DNA of 63,679 bases, counting the filler, from Pelomyxa schiedti (lineage: Eukaryota; Protista; Evosea): the NCBI GenBank assembly GCA_020536535.1. It is 9 parts of 9 records of this genome, joined end to end, with 100 filler letters (N's around TTAATTAATTAA, not from the genome) between each part and the next. Parts side by side here need not be neighbours in the genome. Positions count along the whole stretch, not along the records: positions 36,719 to 44,815 come from JAHLWZ010001330.1; positions 44,916 to 53,130 come from JAHLWZ010000614.1; 7 more parts are not named here. One strand, given 5' to 3'. The translations under genes and the position numbers were made by a program. Of the stretch, positions 36,868-48,800 are shown piece by piece; the stretch's first letter is position 1, and each line of letters opens with the position of its first letter. The notes below the pieces were generated by a model. It did not search any database and was not told where the DNA came from. It saw nothing but the letters and a program-made list of their open reading frames with translations.

Positions 36868-38527
36868 TTAGGCACAAGTGGGTGCAGTTGCTTTTCTGGA
36901 TGTGAATGACATGGAACTATCTGAGCCCCATGAGACTGTGAATGTTGCTCCACCATCTAGTGACTCTACCACTATGTCTGTGTCTGCTATTATTGACTCA
37001 CCATAGTCATCATCAGGGTTGCCCTTCTCTGTGAGAAAAACATTTCCGGATGCTAGAAGCCTGTTGAGGACTGTCTGGTCTGGATGTGAGTATGTGTTGT
37101 TGCATCCTAAATTTGTTTAGTTGGTGTTAGGGCCCGGTTTTTATATTGTTAATGTATTGGATTTTGATAGAATATAATTAAACTCCAATTCATTTCAATC
37201 GGGAATTTACCGCAAGAAATCACAGATACTTGCGGGTTAAGGGTATCGACGAAATCTTCATTTGAGGAGTACATGGAACCGTGATGATTCACTTTATAAA
37301 CATCAACTTGACCAACACGCGGTCCAACGACGGCCTCAATGTCTCGTACATGAGTGATGACTCAATTGAGGAGAAAACACACTGTCATAAACAGAATCCC
37401 CAGAATAATCATAAACTCCATCAAGATCACCAAAGGAAGCATAAGTAAAGCCACCATAACGAAGTACAATGCCAACAGAATAGTCATTTTCATTTGGCGG
37501 CATCCTACAATAGGATGGTATCAAAAGCGGGATATTAATCTCCAATTCTCACATACGATGAATCTTCTGTATGGTCTGCTGTCACAGGGTTGCCATTTTT
37601 CATTAGAGCATCGCGGCCATCAACTGAAGCAATTATGACACTCGCCCCAGAATCAGGTGGGCTAATTTGCGTTGTGGAACACAACTCTGGGTGTTCAATC
37701 CAAGAATAAACCTATGTGGCCTATTATTAATAATTCTAGCTCCATAAATCGTACAGTTGAATTTGGATTTGTTGAATAACACTGCCAGGCCTGCATTGTA
37801 GTTGTAACTTCGCCAGCATATATCCAATCAAGCTCAGTATCAATGTCGCAACTGCCATCTCCGTTTGAATCTATGTGAATGAGAGGGGGTATTTCCTTTT
37901 TAGGAGCGGTCATACCAACCCAGTTTGCGGCATTCCTGTTGAGAAATTTCCCTGCTGTGAAGCCAGCTTTCTCAAAAAGGTACCACATTCCTCCGTACCC
38001 CGCATACCCAACATGATCAGTGTGCTACAAAAAAAAAGAGCATAAGGGTAACAGCGCAGTTTGGAGAAGACAATACCAAGTGGGATACAATGACAACATC
38101 TATGTAAGAACCTCCCAGCAGAGAAGTCAACTTGGAAGCCACGGCTTTTGCGTTTTTGGCACTGTTCCAGTTCGTCTCCCCACAATCAAACAGAATACTG
38201 TACCCAGATGGGAACTCTGTGTTCATTGGTTAAAAAAATTCATTTCCAAGTAGTAGTTATACAAATAGCTATTTGAAATTATAAAATCCCTTATTATTCC
38301 CTTTTATTTGTTCCAAGTCAAATTCACATCAATATGAAAGGAATGTGAACATTATGGGATTGGTAATTACGAATAAGTTGGCTATCGGCCTGTCCCACGT
38401 CGAAAAATGTAATCCTGAAAGGACTCGCCCCGTCGACTGTATCAGCCACGAGAGCAGCAATCACAACACCCATAATTACGGCGCTACGGCCCAACGCACC
38501 ACGGTATCCCCAAGACAAGCCCCACAT
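36868..38527 (-). CDS. ComEC/Rec2-like metallo-beta-lactamase-fold hydrolase with signal peptide
   Basis: FRITFFDVGQADSQLI, ILFDCG, spliced SHL|HTDH, NENDYSVG, FGDL, YKVNHHGS, ISCG..NTYSHP. Confidence 0.9.
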
Positions 38528-38693
38528 CTCCCTCTTCTTCAGATTTTTTTGTTTCGTTTCNNNNNNNNNNNNNNNNNNNNNNNNNNNNNNNNNNNNNNNN
38601 NNNNNNNNNNNNNNNNNNNNNNNNNNNNNNNNNNNNNNNNNNNNNNNNNNNNNNNNNNNNCCCCGAAAAACCACGCACGCCCACTCGGCCGGA

Positions 38694-41600
38694 ATGGCGA
38701 CAACAACGACCAAGGCAGCGGAACAGGAGATCTCCTCTGTGGCCTGTGCGACGACAACGTCCGTGGTGACACCGACGGTTTCTAGTCAAGTTGAGACTAC
38801 CCCCGCTATCGAGACGTCGGCGGTTACTACTACTGCGATCGCGACTACTCCGTCTGTTGAAGAGGAGGCCCCTTCTTTTGTTGCTTTTGACGCTGAAGAA
38901 ATTCGCAAGCTCGAAAGTAAATTGCATTTACCGTGCAACGTTTGCCTAACACAAGCTTTTACACAACAGGCAACGCGACGTACTCGCCCGCATTCAAAGG
39001 CTGTGGCGTTCGTGCAGTGACTTTGCGTGTGCACTACGAAACTAGATTCGGTCAATCTATCCGTGTTTCGGCTGCCAGCCTGGGTTTTGGTGCTTGGGGG
39101 GCCTCGAACGCTCTAAAAATGAAGTGGACAGACAATCATGTACGAACCTGTTGGGTTTTTCTTTACTGAAGTTCCCTACAGGTTTGGCAAGTGACGTTCC
39201 CATTGAATTACTCCCTCGCTGGGGACTTCGAATACAAGTACATTGTTATGGAGGTGAGGGACTCGCCTTATCCCCCAGTATTTACATTTCACAGGGAGAC
39301 TACCCCATCTGGGAGTCTGGGCCTCGCCATGTTCTGCACTTTGATCCCACCTGGTCGGAAACTATTGTAGTGGAAGATCTGTGGAACCCTTCTGGTGAGT
39401 GAGACTATCCTAGTGGTTCCACCCAACAAAAATCACAGGCGATCCCGAGAACGCTTTTCTGAGCAGTGCTTTTACAGATGTGATTTTTAGAAGACAGAAG
39501 CATGACGCAGAATTCGTCAGGTGAAAAGCTCTAATACAGCTCTACACCTTATAACTGCTCTTATTAGACCAAATGGACAAAATACGTGCATTCTTCGCTT
39601 CAAGACTACTCTTGCACGCATTCCAAGCAACCTGACACTGTGCATTATCGGTTCGCACCCTTCATTAGGTGCCTGGAATGAAGCTGGATCAATGATTCTC
39701 AACGATTCGTATGACTTGTAATTGATTCCTAAACCAACTCAACAAATCAAAGCTCATACCCCGTGTGGCAAGCTGATGTTGAAGTGGAAGTTACTCCAAC
39801 ACTGTCTCTAGAATATAAATTTGGAATGATTGATTTGAAGACCCGAAAAGTGTGCTCTCTCTTTTTTATTTTCTTTTTGACCAAGCAAAAAGGTTGTAAG
39901 CTGGGAAGATGGACCAAATCGAAGTTGGTCACTGGCTCCGAAGCCCAACTCTCTATTTGTCCATGTTGCACAAAAGTACAGATTTAGCAACAACTGGAAA
40001 GGCACAGGTGACTCTATCTAACAATCCCCAAAAAAAAATCAAACAGTTTCGTACAGGTGTTGCTTTACCTGTTTTCTCCCTAAGGAGTGAAGAATCAACT
40101 GGCGTTGGTGAATTCCTTGACCTTGTGAAACTGATTGATTGGGCAAAGACTGTAGGGATCCAACTTATACAACTCTTGCCAATCAACGACACTGTTTGTA
40201 TGCTGTTACCAATGTTTTACAATACCTAATTTCCACCCAGCCAAGCATAAATGGACAGACTCTTATCCTTACTCCGCGATTTCGGTGATCTTTCATAGGA
40301 AATCAAATGTACAACCTAATCAACAAAAAGGTTCATGCACTTAACCCAATTTACTTGAATCTTCAAGTAATGGGATCCCTTCACGATAACGCACAGATGA
40401 GACGATTTGAACGTGTTCGAAGGTAAAACTTTCAATTTTTTTTTGCTCAAGCAAACAACTGCCAAGTAAATTGAACCAGTACAAGTTTGTGAACTGGGAG
40501 GAGGTAATGGAAGAAAAGTTAACTTATGCTCACTTTCTATTTGCTCAAGTATCCCTTATTTATTTCCCCTAACCTCTTACACTAATCGTGCAAAAAAAGG
40601 ACCGAGAAGAGTTCCTCAAGTCGGCAGAATTCCAAGAATTCTATTCAGCTAATAAGGATTGGCTTCTACCCCATGCAGTCTTCTCCTGTTTGAGAGACAA
40701 ATTTGGTACTGCTGACTATAGAACGTGGCCGAAATACCATACCTTCTGTCTTGCTGAAATAGAGGAATTTGCAGCTCCTAACGGACCAAACTTCGAAGAA
40801 GTTTCTTTCCACTGGTTCTTGCAGTACCACCTCCATGTGCAAATGTTGTCTGTGGCTACACATGCAAGACAGTCAGGTATGAACCATTACGCATCTCTTA
40901 CTTACTGGTTCTCAGGAGTTGTTTTGAAGGGAGATCTGCCCATTGGTATTTGCCGAAACAGTGTGGATGCCTGGACAGAACCTCACTACTTCAACATGGA
41001 TTACCAGACCGGTGCTCCCCCCGATTTCTTTGCTCTGGAGGTGAGGAACAAACTCTTTTGTTTTTTTTTTTTCACACTGCCCTAGGGTCAAAACTGGGGA
41101 TTCCCAACGTATAACTGGGAGAGGATGAGAGAAGATGGGTTCTCGTGGTGGAAACGCAGATTATCCTCGATGGTACAACTCCACTTCCCTTGGGGCTGAT
41201 TATTCATCTGCTTGCAGGAGAAATATTTTGATGCCTTCAGAATTGATCACATTCTTGGTTTCTTTAGGGTTATCTTCCTATGCCATTGAATATCGCGAAT
41301 ATTTTGTATTTAGATTTGGGAAATTCCCTATCACGTACCTCTCCGTGGTTTACTTGGCCAGTTCAGCCCGTCTGTTCCATTTGGGGCTGACGAACTTAGG
41401 TCATCAGGACTCTACTTGGATTATGACAGATTGTGCTTACCGTATGCTCATAGTCAGACTCGTATTTTTTTTTTCTTAAAAATTATCAGCTATATTCGAG
41501 ATCACTTCCTTGGTGAGTTTGTGGGTGGCGAAAATGTTGCCTATGTAAAGAGGAATTTCTTGGTCTGCACCGCTCCAAACTGCTATTCCTTCAAACCAGA

Positions 41601-42849
41601 GTTTGAGTACGGAAACCAACGTACTGTGATATCTTCTTACACTTACTAGTACCCAACGGAAAGTTTATGACTTCTTTGAAATGCAGAAAGTACTGTTTCC
41701 AGCAGACACTGACCGTCTAAATCGGATGATGATGGGTCTGTGGGCCCTCTCAGAGCAGGTTTCCGGTTACAACACAATTCTTTTTTTTGTAAGCCTCCGC
41801 AGGTTTGCTTGCTTGAGGTACCTGGGTCCAATCGTTCCGCTTTTGCTCCACGCTACTTCTTGAACAAGACCAAGTAAACTATTGCACTGAGATTATGTTG
41901 TATCTAAACCTGACAGGTCGTTTGAGGAACTGGATGACAATCAGAAGCGTATAATTTATAGCCTGCACACGCACTTCTTCTATCATAGGCAAGATCATCA
42001 CTGGGGTGAGAAAGCAGCAATCAAATTGCCATCACTGAAAGCGGCAACACGTAACTTCCGTTCTACTATGTGAAGTGAAAGTAATTACTGTAGGGATGCT
42101 TGTATGTGGTGAGGACTTGGGGGATCGCGTACCAGAGGTTGTAACACGGCAAATGAAAGCTTTGGAAATGCTTTCTCTGTTCATTGAGAGAATGCCCAAG
42201 GTCGAATTCCTAATTTGTATCGGTATTCAATCCAACAACCAACAGGACAGTACCAAGACGTTTGCCAATCCGGATGAGGCACCATTCTTGTCCGTCGTTT
42301 CCACCTCATCACATGATATGCCCAGCTTGCGTGGCTGGTATCAAGCTGAGAGGCGTGGAACCGGCACTACTCTGAATGACATTTGGCGTACCATGGTAAT
42401 AACACATTCAATCGACTTTCGAAATAACACACAACCAGAGGCTTCCCGGACACCCAAGTGGTGATGACATGCCAGGTTGGGTTGCAGAAGAGTTCATCAA
42501 GCATCACCTAAGATCCCCCGCAATGTGGTCAATTTTCCCCCTTCAGGTAGCAATTCTCTTGAATAACAATATCGCAGTATTCATAAATTATAACATTAGT
42601 AATCACAACAAAACACTTAAACATACCCACCCCCGGCTAACCAAAACAAACGCACAGGACCTCCTCGCAATTGACGAATCACTGCGGCTCGAGAACCCGG
42701 AGATGGAGCAAATCAACCACCCACCCAACCCAATGCACTTCTGGCGGTTCCGCTTCCACCTCACAACCACGCAGCTCCTCACCGCTTCCAAGCTCAACAA
42801 CCAACTAGCAACACTCAACCGTGACAACTATCGCGGCTGCGCCTTCTAA
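38694..42849 (+). CDS. DPE2: 4-alpha-glucanotransferase DPE2 (two CBM20 plus GH77), many short introns
   Basis: GVALPVFSLRS..GVGEFLDL, QLLPINDT, DSYPYS, LKGDLPIG, GAPPDFF, GQNWGFPTYNW, FRIDHILGFFRIWEIP, CGEDLG, SSHDMPSLRGW, QINHP..WRFRFH. Confidence 0.95.
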
Positions 42850-43019
42850 CAACCCCCCACAGTTACACTCCTCCACTAAAAAACGAAAACTTATGGAAAT
42901 TCACGTTCGAACGAAGTTCTTTTGATCAACTTCAAGTAAGAAAGAAAGAAGAAAAAAAAAATAAAGATCGGTGAAGGGGCAAGCCGTGCGTGAGTTGAAG
43001 TGTCAAAGCGCAGATTGAA

Positions 43020-43355
43020 ATGAGCGGACACTACGACGTAGACCAAGAAGTGAGGTTGGTGGTGGAGCATATGAAGAGGCTGTGCACCAAGCAGCCCGAC
43101 GGAACTATGGGTGTCAAATTCGCCGTTTTCTTCGGGGACTCCCAGGTCGAACAGACTTTCGAGAGCCTGGTACCTCTTTAATTTAATTTAATAAATTGGC
43201 CAATGTCCCGGGCACACACTCATCAAAAAAAAAAAAAAACCCAATAGGTTGGATCACTAAAGGCAGCCAAGAAAAGGGGAGTGATAAATTTCCCAGGTCA
43301 AATGCTGTTGATGCCAACACACAAGGATGTGATGCTCACTCTACTTGCCCCTTAA
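43020..43355 (+). CDS. ABRACL: Costars family protein (intron 43170-43247)
   Basis: Spliced MSGHYDVDQEVRLVVEHMKRLCTKQPDGTMGVKFAVFFGDSQVEQTFESL|VGSLKAAKKRGVINFPGQMLLMPTHKDVMLTLL. Missed by the ORF track. Confidence 0.93.
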
Positions 43356-43563
43356 AATCCAGTGTTTACCTTGTCGAACTTGAAAGGGAAAAAAAAGTTA
43401 TTTGCTCTCTTTGCTGTTTGAAGATTATTTGTGTTTGTGAGACAGCCATTGAACCAGAGATCTGATCTGGTTCCAGGTTGGTTGGGCAGGATATTGTTCA
43501 CCACAACACACAAGAGTTACCTTCAGCAGTGGGCATACTGCATTGAAAACGTGGGTTTTTTCA

Positions 43564-44799
43564 TCACAGGTAATAAGAGGTGTTGTGGAAGAAGCTGCCA
43601 AGTTTGTAGCCACACTGGGGTGGGAAATTGATGCATGCAACAGTGACTCCTGACAATGCCTCAATCACTTGCAGGCTGCAATTTTCCTCTGGACCACAAC
43701 CACCAGCTACCACAAAAATAAATCCAGCACCCGAGATGTGTCCGTTGTTACTCACGTTTGGGATGACCCTCTTTGCCGTTGACGTGTCGTTGCAATCAAT
43801 GACAACCAGTTCTTCGTTCCTTGGGGTGTACACTGAGAACAGTGACCTGCTCAGTTGGTGAGCCACCCTGTGTTCCAATTCTCTTCCACTGAAGTGCCGC
43901 CAAGTCACTTTGATGAGCGTTTCAGTCACTCCATTCTTCACAGAGCAGACCCAACTGTGCCCACCATCATCCATCTCCACCACAAACACGTTTTCGCCAG
44001 ATTGATCCTCCATCAGAAGAACATATGACACACATCCCCACAACTGCAGTGGGAATGTGCAACTCGTTGAGCTCACCACATGAAGGCTTCCTGTTGCGTA
44101 GGTCTGTGCAACGTCAATGAGAACCAGCTGTGCAGTTGGAATATCTTTGCTTTCTTTGTTTTCCCCAACCACCATCACTGCCTGAGATTGAGTGGTTTTG
44201 CACAAGCTGATTGAATTCAGAGCCTGGAAGCAACATGGAAGTGGAACATTGAGAATGGACCAATCATCCCACACCCTTTTCGCAACATAAAGCATTGTGT
44301 CGTCTTCGTCATCCCTCCACAATGCCCACTTCCCACTTTCATAAGACGCAGCAAAGCAGTCACCACTCTCATCACACATGGACTTCACCAATTTCCTTGC
44401 ATCCACAGCACATGGAACCGGTTCGTATCCCCAACCGCCGCTCTCCACGGCATGGTAAACAACCAACTGACTCCTTGGACGGGAAGAACGAGAGTCCCTG
44501 CGAATCACAGACAGCTCAGTGATTCCCAACAACAATGGAGACACCCCGATCCTGATTGTTCCAAACGGTGCATTATTATTCTCACCGCTAGGTGGGCCAT
44601 TCTCCAACAACGCGGCATTCAACACAAACACCCTCTCACACCCCCTGATCCAGTCCCACAATTGCTTCAGCGTGTCGGTTCCCGCCAGCACCCTCGCCGC
44701 TGATTTCATCCCGCACCTGCCACAACAACGTGGCGGCGTCGTCGGTGTGCATGCGAGCGCGAGGGCGCCGACTTGACCGCGGACCAGCTGGCCAACCAC
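43564..44799 (-). CDS. Intronless member of a lineage-expanded beta-rich family (5' end near gap)
   Basis: 411-aa ORF: GQVGALALA..RCG..SAARVLA..LWDW, GVSPLLLGI, LVLIDVAQTYATGSLHVVSST. Confidence 0.75.
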   Translation of the reverse strand: MVGQLVRGQVGALALACTPTTPPRCCGRCGMKSAARVLAGTDTLKQLWDWIRGCERVFVLNAALLENGPPSGENNNAPFGTIRIGVSPLLLGITELSVIRRDSRSSRPRSQLVVYHAVESGGWGYEPVPCAVDARKLVKSMCDESGDCFAASYESGKWALWRDDEDDTMLYVAKRVWDDWSILNVPLPCCFQALNSISLCKTTQSQAVMVVGENKESKDIPTAQLVLIDVAQTYATGSLHVVSSTSCTFPLQLWGCVSYVLLMEDQSGENVFVVEMDDGGHSWVCSVKNGVTETLIKVTWRHFSGRELEHRVAHQLSRSLFSVYTPRNEELVVIDCNDTSTAKRVIPNVSNNGHISGAGFIFVVAGGCGPEENCSLQVIEALSGVTVACINFPPQCGYKLGSFFHNTSYYL

Positions 44800-45601
44800 G
44801 TGGCATACAAGAGGTNNNNNNNNNNNNNNNNNNNNNNNNNNNNNNNNNNNNNNNNNNNNTTAATTAATTAANNNNNNNNNNNNNNNNNNNNNNNNNNNNN
44901 NNNNNNNNNNNNNNNTCCATCCCCCTGTCTCACACACAACACACACAACACACAAAACACAAAACATCTAAAGAAAAATAAACCAACAACAACAAAAAAA
45001 CCAACCGCGGTTTTTTTGTGTGCAACCGGTGGGGGTGCCCTGGGTCCCACCTCTCCCGCGACTCCCTCCTACTTGCCCTCATCGCCCGTAGTATCTGCAG
45101 AGCACGACCTGGGGAGGCAGGGGGTCGGGAATTCCCCCCGTGCTCCAGAGGCCCAGACTCCCGCTGCCAGCCTTCGAGCTTCCCAGACTCCGGAGCGTTG
45201 GGATCTCTGCCCGTACGGTGATCACCGGTCGGACTTTCGGCGAACGTCTCGGGAGGGGTGGGTGGTCCCTGGTTCCCCTCTTTTGACCGTTTCCTCCCAA
45301 GTTGTTTTTTTCCCTCTCGCTTTTCCCAAGCCTTCTTGGCCTCCCAGACCACTCCCCCCTAGATTCGGGGAAAGTTGGGCTGCGATGGGACTCCAAGTTC
45401 CTGATTTCCCAGAGCACTTGCCTTGTTGGGGGCAGACAAGTTGGGCTTCGAAAGGAAGTTTCAGGTTTTTCCGGCTTTCGGGGAATCTTGCGACACATTC
45501 GGCGGTTGGTGAAACCCGTCGGAACGTCTTCTTCGGGTTTTTGTTTTGGTTTCCTCTTGTGGAAGTTTCCCGTTTGAGGTTGTAAATCAACTTAGGTTTA
45601 T

Positions 45602-45635
45602 CGGGTGATGTGAGGGGTGTGTGTCACATCACCCG
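45602..45635. other. Perfect 12-bp hairpin
   Basis: CGGGTGATGTGA / TCACATCACCCG with a 10-nt loop. Confidence 0.7.
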
Positions 45636-45821
45636 GCTGCCACATTTTCTATCCGGTGATCGGCGATTCTTATACCACAACATTCTCCCGAAACCTGTAT
45701 TATGGGTCGGAATAAAAAAAAGACCCGCTACGGCTGGGAGACACAACGGGGAAGCATCTTCAGATAAATAAAGCGACTTGTATTATATCAACACGTTAGG
45801 TGCAAAATTGGAATGGTGAGC

Positions 45822-48800
45822 TCAGAGGGTGTTTGCCATGTCAGGAGCTTCTGCTGGAGAGTCTGTGGCTGTTGTGGTAGAACTTGAGGCGGGTGTTGCA
45901 CTTACAGTGGCAGGTGCAGTCGCAGGTTCAGCCGTAGTAGTTGCAGCCGAAGCAGCAGGCGCCGCGGTATTGGCCCCAGTGAGCTTGGACTTTGCCGCGG
46001 GAGGAGGAGGCGGGGGCCGCGCAGAGGGCAGCTCGTGGTGGTGCGTGGATTTTCTGGCCCCCGGCGGCCTTGCAGGCCTGCTCCCCCCGGTTGCCCCGCT
46101 GGGTGCCGCCTTGGGCCCGCTGCGCTTGGCGAGTCCAATGGCGTGGGCGGTCCTGCCAGTGCTCCGGTGCGTGGGCCGCTGCCAGACCGTCGGGGTCGGG
46201 GGCGTGGGGCTGTCCCGGTCCATGGGTGAGGGTGAGGGCGAGGGCGAGGGCGAGGGCGAGGGCGAGGGCGACGGCGACGGCGACGGCGACAAGGAGTCGG
46301 GCGGTGTACTGCCGGCCATGCTGCTGTCTTCTGACNNNNNNNNNNNNNNNNNNNNNNNNNNNNNNNNNNNNNNNNNNNNNNNNNNNNNNNNNNNNNNNNN
46401 NNNNNNNNNNNNNNNNNNNNNNNNNNNNNNNNNNNGCAGGCCTGCAAGGCCGCCGGGGGCGAGGGCGAGGGCGAGGGCGACGGCGACGGCGACAAGGAGT
46501 CGGGCGGTGTACTGCCGGCCATGCTGCTGTCTTCTGACTCGGAGTCGCCGGATTCAGAGTCGGAGTCGGAATCGGAGTCTGGGGCCATGGGGGGCTTGGA
46601 GGAAGGAGGAGACCCCCCTATGGGTAGGATTTGGCTAGCTTCTGGTGCAATGGTTGTGGGTGGGGGTGTGTTTGTTCCACATTGGTCTGAGAAAGAAGCT
46701 TCGGTACTGTTGGTGCTTTCGTCTATTTTTGGAACTTCGGGTGTAGCTGGAAGATTGGTAGAGGAATCATCTGGCTTCGGGTTTTCTGCTGGGAAAGTGG
46801 AAGAACTTGACTCTGCATCTAAAGATGGCATAGGAGATATGGGGACTTCACAACTGGTATCACTTGAGGTGAGTTTGTTCTCAGTTTGCTGTTGAACTGA
46901 AGCGCGTAGGGGGGTGCTTTCTTGTAATGGGGTTGGCATTTGAGTTGTAGTTGCGGCTGATAGGGGTGATGCGGTGGATGCGTGTGGTGGCCTGGCAGGA
47001 AGAGATCGTGCTGGAGGCTGGTGCTTGATTCTTCTACTCAGTGGAGTTGACATAACAATGGATTCAGGAGGAAGTGGTCTGAGTGCATTACGAATTTCAT
47101 TAGGAACAAACTGTGCTAACAAGTCCTTGGAATTGGCTGTAACACTTAAGCAGACGCGCTTTAGAGGGAAGAATGAAACCTTTATTCAGGGATGCTGTAA
47201 CCTCTTCCATTGTAAGGCACTGAACAAATGACAGTGCTGTTTGATATGTGATAAGGAGGTACCCTTGTTCATCATTCAAATCCTCTTCAGGGAGATAATG
47301 CTCAATGTATTTTGAGGCTGAACTAGATGAGATAAATTGAATCGATATCTGAGTTAGTTACCACTAAAGGCATGGTCAATGCTTCCTCGCACAAGAACAA
47401 AAGAGAATAAAGGTAAAAAGTCATCAGCCCCACTAAGAAGCAAATGTAAGTAAAGAGGCAGTGAGGGAGCTACTACATTTCTAATTTGTCTGGTGTCAAT
47501 TTTCCAGCCCAAAATTGGTGCACACAAAAATTTATGGCTTTCCCTGTGTCAATGAGGCAATGAACTTTTTCCCTCGGAGTTACAAGTGAGTCAAGATGGT
47601 TGACCTCTGGCAACAGTCATCCTTAAAAAAAATTAAATAACTTTACCAAGAATTGCTCTATTATAAGGGATAGATATTCCATTTGGCTTGGTGGTGTGTT
47701 AGGAAAATTTGAAAAGGAAATTAAATACATCTTGTAGTTGAAAGCGTGGTGGTAGGCCTAGTCCTGCTGCAGGGATATTTTTGAAAAGTGCAGCTTTAGC
47801 TTTAAATTGGTTATCTTCGTGAGAAAACTGTGGTAAAGGGTTTATAGCTAAATTACAAGCTAAGAGGCATCGTAACTTTCTGGGTATAATAGGGCCACAA
47901 AATATTATGAAGAGTTTGAAAAATCAAGTCCAACAAGGCTCTCTCCACCAAGGCACACATTGGTTCAAGAGGGGCATAGATCTTCCCTAGAGTGGCCTCC
48001 AACATCCTTTCTGAAGAGCAGTTTTGGTGCTTGCATACTTGTGGTGTATTATAATATGATACTTAAGCTGTACCACAGCAAGACGTTGTAATTTCTGCTA
48101 TTGCGGTGCTCGCTGCCTGAAAATCGTTATTTTCCTTGATATAGGACACGGCAGGTGGCAAGCTATTCAGCAATTGCGAGTAGACTCTAGAGAGAGGATG
48201 CTTTTCCATACTACAAGCAGAGGGTACTTAGTGGGTAATTTTTAGAGACTTACTCCGGGATTTGACGAAAGTGTGTGACGAATTCGTTGATAGAGAGGTC
48301 ATTTTCGTCTGTACTCAGCACAGTCTTAATCCATGCTTTACTCCACGCTTGTGCCTGGTAGGTGAGAATTACTACATTTCCAAAGGAATACCTCGTTTTC
48401 TTCAAGTAGTTTTTGCACTTTCTTCTGGAAAAAAGTGAAATCTCCTTTAATCTCCTGCACAAAAGATAAATGCAAAAGCCACTATAACTGCCCCACATAC
48501 TGCTTGAAGTCCAGAAAGGTCTACTTGCTTCAGCCACACACGATGGTAGGAAGAAAATTTTGAATAAACACTATACTGTCCTATAAACCTGAAAGAGTAA
48601 TGACCATTGAATCAAATTTGAGTGGGAAATACCTTTTTTTTGATTTTTTAGATTTCGCTGCTTGCTGTAGAAGAAGTTAATACTAGAGCAATTAAGAAGT
48701 AAGGTAACCGTTGGCGTCGAGGAGGGTACCAGTGATGCCTTTGTCCCCTCAGCAGAAGTGTCTAAACTTCCTGAAGTTTCTAATTTGGTGTTGCTCAGAG

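Noticed and set aside
38694-42849. Non-canonical introns or stop-codon reassignment as a reason for fragmented ORFs
   Set aside because: Every junction I checked in DPE2, SHK, Costars and cornichon resolves as an in-frame GT-AG intron under the standard code.
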